Shown one piece after another: positions 1-6,346 of a stretch of 15,462 nt of DNA. The notes beneath the pieces are model-generated. The model was not told the DNA's origin, did not search any database, and saw nothing but the letters and a program-made list of their open reading frames with translations. The stretch is from an archaeon (GTDB lineage: Archaea > Iainarchaeota > Iainarchaeia > Iainarchaeales > CSSED10-239), in assembly GCA_037147375.1 (NCBI GenBank), contig JBAWVI010000009.1, forward strand, positions 1-15,462. The letters are read 5' to 3'. Numbering within the stretch: position 1 is the first letter of the stretch; each line of letters begins with the position of its first letter. The translations under genes and the position numbers were made by a program.

Positions 1-45
1 ACAGGATCTTAAGTCCTGCCCCTTTGACCACTCGGGAACCCCTGC
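1..45 (-). tRNA. tRNA-Leu(UAA), 5' portion only (acceptor 5' strand to anticodon stem); the rest lies beyond the window edge
   Basis: The reverse complement reads GCAGGGG-TT-CCCG-AGTGGTCAA-AGGG-G-CAGGA-CTTAAGA-TCCTG. That gives a 7-nt acceptor strand, U8, a D-arm with the GG loop typical of class II tRNAs, a 5-bp anticodon stem, and a 7-nt loop with U33 and anticodon TAA. Confidence 0.8.
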
Positions 46-103
46 CTTAGCCTTTCTTAAAACAAGAAAGCCTAGGGAAAGAAACCATATGCTCTCTTGC
101 CCC
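45..103 (-). other. Two adjacent imperfect hairpins in the rpoD-tRNA spacer; possible tRNA 5' leader, processing or terminator structure
   Basis: Hand-folded. On the minus strand, GGGGCAAGAGA/TTTCTTTCCC forms a stem of about 10 bp with one bulge (plus-strand 75-103). A second stem pairs CTTTCTT with AAGAAAG (52-58 with 64-70) and extends imperfectly to 45-76, abutting tRNA position +1. Confidence 0.3.
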
Positions 104-113
104 AAAATAAATT

Positions 114-851
114 TTACTTTAATTTTTTCTTAAATACTGATATATACTCCTTATTATATCTCTCAAATAATTCAAATAATTCTTTTATATTTGTTTGACC
201 AATTAATTCAACGTTCAATATATAATTACTTGTACCATTAAGTTTTAAACACTCTTTTTTACATGAATCAATACATGCAATACATCCATCACACATTTCT
301 GCATTCTTTAAAATTGGTTTATCGCCCTTCATTTCAATACATTTTCTTGGACATGCTATAACACAAGACTTACATGAATCGCATCCTCTCTTTGTTTCAA
401 GTTCATACATTTGTGAGTATGAAATTATTGCAGGAGAATACTTAACGTGATCATGTCCTGTTCCAAGAGTTGCATATGCTTGGATTTTTAATTTATCATT
501 CTTATTTAATTTTGTAAGTGGAATAGTGTCATATGTTACTTTAATATCATGATCTGATGAAATTAAATCCTTTGAATAAACTACTCCTGGTCCTTCTTTT
601 TCAAGTGTAAATGTAACTTTCTTACCTGTGTTTACAAGTGGAGTATTAATTGGAGTTAATGCAATTCTGTTTGCAAGCATTTCATCAATTGTTCCTGAAT
701 CATTTTCAAAAAATTCAATATCATCTATTGCATATATAGGAAGGCGATACCCAATTGATCTTCTAAGTGTGTTAAGATAAACTGTATCTGTGTTTTCAAT
801 AATAAATCTATATGTTTTTTTATCATTGTCTAAAAACTTTACTCTTACCAT
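114..851 (-). CDS. rpoD: DNA-directed RNA polymerase subunit D (Rpo3) with a ferredoxin-like 2x[4Fe-4S]-type Cys domain
   Basis: The N-terminus, LNTLRRSIGYRLPIYAIDDIEFFENDSGTIDEMLANRIALTPI, is typical of archaeal subunit D. It sits downstream of S13-S4-S11. It contains CDSCKSCVIACP and CDGCIACIDSC motifs. Confidence 0.93.
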   Translation of the reverse strand: MVRVKFLDNDKKTYRFIIENTDTVYLNTLRRSIGYRLPIYAIDDIEFFENDSGTIDEMLANRIALTPINTPLVNTGKKVTFTLEKEGPGVVYSKDLISSDHDIKVTYDTIPLTKLNKNDKLKIQAYATLGTGHDHVKYSPAIISYSQMYELETKRGCDSCKSCVIACPRKCIEMKGDKPILKNAEMCDGCIACIDSCKKECLKLNGTSNYILNVELIGQTNIKELFELFERYNKEYISVFKKKLK

Positions 852-901
852 ATTTACACAACCTTATTTTTTATATTTATTAAATTTTTAATTATATAGA
901 T

Positions 902-1288
902 TTATTTCTTAGTTCTATATCCTTTCTTCTTTCTACAACCATCGTGTGGTATTGGAGTTGTATTTTGAATACTTAATATTCTAAGTCCATATCTTGTAAG
1001 TGATTTTAAAGCTGGTTCTGCTCCTTGTCCAGGATTATTATATAAATTTCCACCTGGTGCTCTAATCTTAACATGAACTTCTCCGATTCCTTTATCTCTT
1101 GCTTTTTCAGCAATAATTTGTCCAATCTTCATTGCAATATATGGAGAACCTTCCTTGTGTTGTGATTTTGTTAATTGTCCACCAGATGATTTTGCAATTA
1201 CTTCTGCTCCTGTTTCATCAGTTAATACAACAATAGTATTATTTCTTGAAGCAAATATATTTACTATACCAATTTTATCTCCAGCCAT
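902..1288 (-). CDS. rps11: 30S ribosomal protein uS11
   Basis: Contains IFASRNNTIVVLTD, GSPYIAM and VHVKIRAPGG...PGQGAEPALKSLTRYGLRI. Synteny is S4-S11-rpoD. Confidence 0.96.
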   Translation of the reverse strand: MAGDKIGIVNIFASRNNTIVVLTDETGAEVIAKSSGGQLTKSQHKEGSPYIAMKIGQIIAEKARDKGIGEVHVKIRAPGGNLYNNPGQGAEPALKSLTRYGLRILSIQNTTPIPHDGCRKKKGYRTKK

Positions 1289-1294
1289 ATTTCA

Positions 1295-1879
1295 TCACTC
1301 CGTACTTTCCTCTTTGTTTTCTATTTTAGCTGGTGCTTGTTTATCCTTCTTAATTTCTTTAGAGATTGGTTTTCCTTTCATCTCAATAGATTTATCAATT
1401 ACGTTCTTAATATGTGTTTTAGTGTATGCTATAACTTCATCAGCTCTAACAATAGATCCTGGTATATTTCTTTTTCTTCCATTAACAGCAATATGTCCGT
1501 GAACAATTAATTGACGTGATTGAAGTGGTGTTAATGCAAGTCCTTTTCTTAAAACTATAGTTTGTAATCTTCTATCTAAAAAATCTGTTAAAGTTAATTT
1601 TAAAACATCTTCAATCTTATGATCCTTTGTAAAGATTCCAAGTGCAATTAACTTCCCTAAAAGCTCATTCTTACGAACTTCATAGTTATCTGATCTACCT
1701 GCTAAAAGAAGTCTTGCTCTTTTTCTTAATTCTCTTACAGTAGTTTCTGCTTTCCAAAGTTCCTTCTTAGTTCTAAGACCATACTCATCCATGATCTTTC
1801 TATCAGCAAGTATTCTTTGTTTGTTCCACTTCATTCTTGGAACATCGTATAATCTATTTAATCTTTTTGGATCACCCAT
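1295..1879 (-). CDS. rps4: 30S ribosomal protein uS4 with a short Lys/Glu-rich C-terminal tail
   Basis: MGDPKRLNRLYDVPRMKWNKQRI...YGLRTKKELWKAET is the archaeal S4 N-terminus. An S4 RNA-binding domain follows (LQTIVLRKGLALTPLQSRQLIVHGHIAVNG). Confidence 0.95.
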   Translation of the reverse strand: MGDPKRLNRLYDVPRMKWNKQRILADRKIMDEYGLRTKKELWKAETTVRELRKRARLLLAGRSDNYEVRKNELLGKLIALGIFTKDHKIEDVLKLTLTDFLDRRLQTIVLRKGLALTPLQSRQLIVHGHIAVNGRKRNIPGSIVRADEVIAYTKTHIKNVIDKSIEMKGKPISKEIKKDKQAPAKIENKEESTE

Positions 1880-1895
1880 AATTATTCACATTAAT

Positions 1896-2525
1896 TTATT
1901 TTTTTTCCTTTTGTTTTGATACTCCAACAGATGCACCCTTTCTAAAAGTGGATCTTGTTCTTTGTCCTCTTACAGGAAGACCCCATTGTAATCTAAGTCC
2001 TCTGTAACTTTTTAATTTTCCTAATTTTTGTACTTCTTTTCTTTGTGCTAATTTTAAATCAGCCATAATTAAGTGTGCATTTCTTGTTTCTATTCCATCA
2101 TCAAGTTTTGCTCTATTAAGTAACCAAGCTGGAATTTCTTTATCAAGGTTTTCAATAACTTGATCAAGAACAAGAACATCATCATCTGTTAAATAACCAA
2201 CTTTCTTAATGTCTTTTCCAATCTTTTCTAAAAATTTCTTTTCAATTATTCTTCCAAGTCTTGTACTGATTCCATAAATCATTACAATTCCATCACCAAT
2301 TCTTAAATATCCAGGAATATCAGTTGTACAAATTCTTACAACACCTCTAAAATCTGCTCCTTCCTTAGAAATATCTATGTGGCTTGGAACAACTCTTTGC
2401 TTTGAAGAAAAAACTCTTTCAGGTCTATTATCCTTAACACCTAATGGTCCTTCCTTCTTATCTTTCTTATCTTGTTTCTTATCTCCTTTTGCAGGAGAAA
2501 CAACTTTACCTTTTTTATCAACCAT
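1896..2525 (-). CDS. rps13: 30S ribosomal protein uS13 with an N-terminal Lys-rich extension of about 55 aa
   Basis: The core runs from FRGVVRICTTDIPG to SYRGLRLQWGLPVRGQRTRS. No in-frame ATG, GTG or TTG lies near the start of the conserved core. Confidence 0.93.
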   Translation of the reverse strand: MVDKKGKVVSPAKGDKKQDKKDKKEGPLGVKDNRPERVFSSKQRVVPSHIDISKEGADFRGVVRICTTDIPGYLRIGDGIVMIYGISTRLGRIIEKKFLEKIGKDIKKVGYLTDDDVLVLDQVIENLDKEIPAWLLNRAKLDDGIETRNAHLIMADLKLAQRKEVQKLGKLKSYRGLRLQWGLPVRGQRTRSTFRKGASVGVSKQKEKK

Positions 2526-2552
2526 ATTTAATCAATTTCATATTTTATTTTT

Positions 2553-2711
2553 TTATTCAATAGGAAATACATGAAGAATATTTATCTTCTTTTCTTTTCC
2601 TTTTTCTTCAAAATAAATTTCATTTTTTTCAAGTTTGTTTATCTTGATTTTCTTACCAAAATCATTTCCTTGTGTTATAATACAAGAATTTCCAACTTTT
2701 AATGCACCCAT
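2553..2711 (-). CDS. rpl14e: 50S ribosomal protein eL14 (L14e), miniature 52-aa form; absent from the supplied ORF track (below its length cut-off)
   Basis: My translation is MGALKVGNSCIITQGNDFGKKIKINKLEKNEIYFEEKGKEKKINILHVFPIE, followed by TAA. It has a KOW-like G-x-x-C/V-x-x-x-x-G-x-x-x-GK pattern and the NILH-x-x-P ending typical of archaeal L14e. TGTGAAAG lies 4 nt upstream of the ATG. It occupies the canonical slot after L34e. Confidence 0.8.
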   Translation of the reverse strand: MGALKVGNSCIITQGNDFGKKIKINKLEKNEIYFEEKGKEKKINILHVFPIE

Positions 2712-2729
2712 AATCTTTCACATTTAATT

Positions 2730-3071
2730 TTATTCTATTTTTTTAATTATCATATCTATGTATTTTGTATATCTAAAGTCCACTTCTTCTTTAGTTAATA
2801 ACTTGTACTTAAGTAAAACTGCAGATAAATAAATATCCTTTCTACAAACTGGACAAATCATTGATGCAAGTGGTGCTTCAGGTCTTCTTTCTGTTTTTGA
2901 AAGCTTTAAAACCTCAAATGTACGCTTACCGTGTGGCATACCATGAAGCATTTCCTTACAGATTGCACACTTATGTGTTCCTGTTTTCTTTTTAACTAAT
3001 TGTCTTTTAATTACTCCTCTTGGAGTTCTTACGTGTTTATGTTTCTTAAATTTTTCATTTGGGCCTGGCAT
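2730..3071 (-). CDS. rpl34e: 50S ribosomal protein eL34 (L34e)
   Basis: Contains HKHVRTPRG, a four-Cys zinc-ribbon pattern (CAICKEMLHG...CPVC) and LSKTERRPEAP. An AGGTGAAT Shine-Dalgarno lies upstream. Confidence 0.9.
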   Translation of the reverse strand: MPGPNEKFKKHKHVRTPRGVIKRQLVKKKTGTHKCAICKEMLHGMPHGKRTFEVLKLSKTERRPEAPLASMICPVCRKDIYLSAVLLKYKLLTKEEVDFRYTKYIDMIIKKIE

Positions 3072-3096
3072 AAATTCACCTTTTTTTAAATATAAT

Positions 3097-3573
3097 TTAT
3101 TTTGCTATTTTTTCTATTAGTTTACTATCTGTGTTGCTTGTGTACTTCTCCATTAATAATTTATCATAAAGTGAGCTAATTATTATTGATACTATAACTC
3201 CTAAAATAACATATGTCCAAAAACCATTAACTGTAAATAAACCAAAATTATACATTATTTTTAAATAATATTTATTAACAAACCATAATAATGGAAATGC
3301 AATTATAAGCATGATAAACATGGATTTCATGGACATACTCCATTGTTCTCCAACCATCTTAAATGCTTCTTTTTGCTTAAGTTTAACCTCATCCATTTTT
3401 TGTTCTTTTGCAAGCTTATTCATTTCTTTTTGAATATCTTTACTTTTCTTCTTGTGTGCAAAATATCTATAAGGATCAATTGTAAAATGCTGTATTAATT
3501 TATTAAGTCCAGCAAATAAGATTACAATAACTATCATGTCAATCCAAATATTAACAAATGGTACTGTAAACAT
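3097..3573 (-). CDS. DUF106-family membrane protein (archaeal Oxa1/YidC/EMC3-superfamily insertase-like)
   Basis: The architecture is TM1, a long Lys/Glu coiled coil (KKKSKDIQKEMNKLAKEQKMDEVKLKQKEAFKM), then TM2 and TM3. It holds the conserved archaeal position downstream of secY. Confidence 0.75.
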   Translation of the reverse strand: MFTVPFVNIWIDMIVIVILFAGLNKLIQHFTIDPYRYFAHKKKSKDIQKEMNKLAKEQKMDEVKLKQKEAFKMVGEQWSMSMKSMFIMLIIAFPLLWFVNKYYLKIMYNFGLFTVNGFWTYVILGVIVSIIISSLYDKLLMEKYTSNTDSKLIEKIAK

Positions 3574-3585
3574 ATTTTTTCTCCT

Positions 3586-4920
3586 TTAGTTATTCTTACC
3601 CATTACTTTTTTTAGGAACGCACTTGATTCAAATACTTGTTCCTTTGCAAGTTGTTCATAGAATCTATATACGATTCCAACAGTTAATAAAATTCCAATT
3701 CCTGATCCTATTGCTCCTGTTAGATCTGATAAAACAGCTAATACTCCAACAAAGATGGATCCTAAAATCGTAATCGTGGGTATATATCTTTTTAAAACAG
3801 TTGCAAGTACTCTTTCATCTCTTCTAAATCCAGGCATTGACATACCTTGTGATTGAAGTTGACGAGCAACAGATTCTGAGTTTTGTCCACCAAGTTCAAC
3901 CCAAAACTTACCAAATACTATACAAACTACAACAAAAACAATTCCATAAATTAATGCTTGACCCCAAAGTCCTAGTGTTGCACCACCAAGCATAGTGTTT
4001 TCAAGTAATCCGTATTGTGGTGTTAAAAATACTCCAACTTTGTAAAAGAAATTTTCTAAAAATGTTCCTTTTGCAAGATTAACAAACAACACAACATTTG
4101 CAAATAATGTTGCTGTTAAAATTACTGGCATATTTGAAACATATAAAAGCTTAACAGGGTACTTAGCGCCCATTCCACTTCTTCCAACTGTTAAAGGAAT
4201 ATTTACATGCATACCCTCAACATAAACAACTACAAAGAATACTAATAATGTAACTAAAATTGGTAATATTACTGATGATAATAAAGATAACATTGCACCT
4301 GTTCTTAATGTTTCAATTGCAATAAATATTAGTCCACCAGTGCTTACAGCTGATGGGAGACTAAATATTCTCCAAATGATTTGTTGTGCAACTCCACCAG
4401 CAATGAAGAGTCCAATTCCTGAACCAATACCCCATTTACTTACAACCTCATCTAAATATAATAATACTATTGAACCTAAAGCTACTTGAATTATAACAAA
4501 TAACCACATACCGGGCAGAGGCACTAGCATACCAACAGTAACTGCAACTATTGCTTCAATAAATGCTAAAAATATTGCAACTAATTTTTGTAATAAACTA
4601 AATTTCGCTCTATCCTCTGGATTTGAAAAATTAAGATTAATAACTTTAACTCCTACAAGCAATTGTAAGATAATTGAAGCTAAAACAATTGGACCAATTC
4701 CAAGACTGATTAAAGTACCTAAGTCACTTGCCATAACTGTTTGAAAGAATTCCAAACGAGATAAAGCAGTTGGAGATATTCCTATTAAAGCTATACTACC
4801 AAGTATAAAAAATAAAGCTAGAACAATTCCTGTCCAGATTAATTTTTTCTTTATTGTAGGCACCTTTTCAGGGTCCTTTACTGATGGTAGAATCTTACCT
4901 AATAGGTCGTAAATACTCAT
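3586..4920 (-). CDS. secY: Preprotein translocase subunit SecY
   Basis: A 444-aa polytopic membrane protein with SecY motifs (GIGPIVLASIILQLL, LDEVVSKWGIGSGIGLFI, MPGFRRDER). Its start overlaps the uL15 stop (ATGA). Confidence 0.96.
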   Translation of the reverse strand: MSIYDLLGKILPSVKDPEKVPTIKKKLIWTGIVLALFFILGSIALIGISPTALSRLEFFQTVMASDLGTLISLGIGPIVLASIILQLLVGVKVINLNFSNPEDRAKFSLLQKLVAIFLAFIEAIVAVTVGMLVPLPGMWLFVIIQVALGSIVLLYLDEVVSKWGIGSGIGLFIAGGVAQQIIWRIFSLPSAVSTGGLIFIAIETLRTGAMLSLLSSVILPILVTLLVFFVVVYVEGMHVNIPLTVGRSGMGAKYPVKLLYVSNMPVILTATLFANVVLFVNLAKGTFLENFFYKVGVFLTPQYGLLENTMLGGATLGLWGQALIYGIVFVVVCIVFGKFWVELGGQNSESVARQLQSQGMSMPGFRRDERVLATVLKRYIPTITILGSIFVGVLAVLSDLTGAIGSGIGILLTVGIVYRFYEQLAKEQVFESSAFLKKVMGKNN

Positions 4921-5291
4921 TCAATCTTCCCTCCGGCCTTCTCAATCTTAACTTTTGCAGTAGCTGTGAATTTTGCGTTCTTAATTATTAATGCTTTAGT
5001 TATATTTCCTGAACCTAATATTTTATCATAACCTAATTTCTTTAAATCAATTTCTCTATTATTTCCTACAAGTTTTTCAAGATCAATTAAATTGATTTCA
5101 ATTAACTTTGTTTTTGCTTTAAATCTAATTTTTGTATTACAATTCGCATATGGTAAGAACTTAGTTCTTTTATGCTTGAATGATCCTGCTCTACCACGTC
5201 CACCCTTACTTCCAGCACCTCTATGATTCTTGGTGTTACCTTTTCCGTGTGTACGGTGTCCTCTTAATCTATCAATTTTTGTTTTACTCAT
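4917..5291 (-). CDS. rpl15: 50S ribosomal protein uL15 (short, 124 aa)
   Basis: Contains LRGHRTHGKGNTKNHRGAGSKGGRGRAGSFKH. It lies immediately upstream of secY. Confidence 0.93.
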   Translation of the reverse strand: MSKTKIDRLRGHRTHGKGNTKNHRGAGSKGGRGRAGSFKHKRTKFLPYANCNTKIRFKAKTKLIEINLIDLEKLVGNNREIDLKKLGYDKILGSGNITKALIIKNAKFTATAKVKIEKAGGKIE

Positions 5292-5306
5292 ACTATCACA
5301 AATTTA

Positions 5307-5834
5307 TTATTCTTTTTTGTATCTTGCTGTATTTACAAAATCATGATTTTCTTTAAATTTTAATCTTCCTTTAAATATCTGTCCTGGTGTGTGAAATTCA
5401 TAATAATCTATGTGTTTTTCATTTTTATTGTGCTCAAGATCGTGGTTAATTGTTTCTAGTATCTGAGAATATTCTTTATCTCCACCTAGATAATTTTTTA
5501 AATCAATTTTTCTTGCAACCATTTTTTCATCAAGTACAAGATCAATATAAACACAACCTGCCTTTACATCAATTCTATATGAACCATACATATGATCGTT
5601 TACAAACTTATTCTTGTTAACATCGAATATAAACTTCTTATCAACTAATATTAATCCTTTTTCTTGTTTATTAAACTTTGATTGAATTTCTTTTATTTTG
5701 TGCTTTGTTGATTCAAATATTTTTCTTGCAATTTCTGATTCTGTATTTGGATTTTTTTTACCTTCAATTTTGTGAAATAATGGATTTTCTTTTTTTCTGC
5801 TTTTGTATAATACCATTCTTTCTTTTGGAGACAT
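5307..5834 (-). CDS. Hypothetical basic protein (175 aa) inserted between rpl30 and rpl15; no family recognised
   Basis: An intact ORF on the operon strand, with a 20-nt spacer to the uL30 stop and a 15-nt spacer to the uL15 start. An SD-like AAGGATGAT lies just upstream of the ATG. Composition and codon style match the neighbours. There is no P-loop or other motif I can assign. Confidence 0.7.
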   Translation of the reverse strand: MSPKERMVLYKSRKKENPLFHKIEGKKNPNTESEIARKIFESTKHKIKEIQSKFNKQEKGLILVDKKFIFDVNKNKFVNDHMYGSYRIDVKAGCVYIDLVLDEKMVARKIDLKNYLGGDKEYSQILETINHDLEHNKNEKHIDYYEFHTPGQIFKGRLKFKENHDFVNTARYKKE

Positions 5835-5854
5835 AAATCATCCTTAACTTAAAT

Positions 5855-6316
5855 CTAAATCATTTTTTTAACAAGTTCACTAATTTTTTCTTGTCTATTA
5901 CCAAGTGCTCCACCTATTGAGAACGGATTCTTAACACCTTTTCTTTCATAACCTTTTCTTGGTGGTCTTAGTCTAAATACTGGTTTTAAATTTAATGTTT
6001 TAACTGTTGTTTTCCCTGAAATTAATTCTTCAGCAATCTTTTTTGCTTTAGCTTCATCATGAGTTTCTGAAAATGCAACTAATTTATTATCTGGAGTGTA
6101 TATGTTTCCTCTTTTTAATAAAAGTTTTGCTAAAGTATCTGCATCAATTATACCCCATGTTATAAAATCTTTTGCTTTCTTAAGCATACCTGCAATCTTA
6201 TCAGATTCTTTGTATAAAACACAATGATTAACTCTTGTTAAGTTTAGTAATTGCATAGTGTCCTCAATATCCTTATTAATACTGATTTTTCCTCTAACTC
6301 TTATTATTGCGTACAT
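5855..6316 (-). CDS. rpl30: 50S ribosomal protein uL30
   Basis: MYAIIRVRGKISINKDIEDTMQLLNLTRVNHCVL is the canonical archaeal L30 N-terminus. It follows uS5. Confidence 0.94.
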   Translation of the reverse strand: MYAIIRVRGKISINKDIEDTMQLLNLTRVNHCVLYKESDKIAGMLKKAKDFITWGIIDADTLAKLLLKRGNIYTPDNKLVAFSETHDEAKAKKIAEELISGKTTVKTLNLKPVFRLRPPRKGYERKGVKNPFSIGGALGNRQEKISELVKKMI

Positions 6317-6346
6317 ATATAATCAAACCTTATTTTTATTTTGTAA

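Noticed and set aside
852-901. TATA-like strings (CTATATAAT, AAATATAAAA on the minus strand) in the 50-nt uS11-rpoD spacer, considered as an internal rpoD promoter.
   Set aside because: S13-S4-S11-rpoD is normally one transcription unit. In DNA this AT-rich, TATA-like octamers occur by chance in nearly every spacer, and nothing else distinguishes this one.
1155-1502. Thirteen plus-strand ORFs in the track: 1155-1502, 2377-2574, 6258-6689, 7190-7372, 7906-8130, 9846-10253, 10623-10895, 11620-11997, 12677-12871, 13078-13350, 13347-13568, 13699-14082 and 15140-15322.
   Set aside because: All lie antisense to confidently identified, conserved ribosomal or operon genes. Their translations are Phe/Ser/Leu/Ile-rich low-complexity sequence, as expected from the complement of Lys/Glu-rich codons. 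The T-rich antisense strand is naturally poor in stop codons. None has a family resemblance or a convincing Shine-Dalgarno.
5430-5444. H-x-x-E-H (HDLEH) in the unknown ORF, considered as an inverted-zincin (M16-type) metalloprotease site.
   Set aside because: M16 enzymes are several-fold larger and need a downstream Glu-containing motif in a defined fold. A five-residue pattern in a His- and Glu-rich segment is easily a chance match. It is kept only as a note inside the main finding.
5307-5834. The inserted ORF as a displaced or degenerate adenylate kinase or cytidylate kinase, or as a homing endonuclease or mobile element.
   Set aside because: It has no Walker A/P-loop and no LAGLIDADG, GIY-YIG or clear HNH motif. 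There are no flanking repeats and no compositional break relative to the neighbours.
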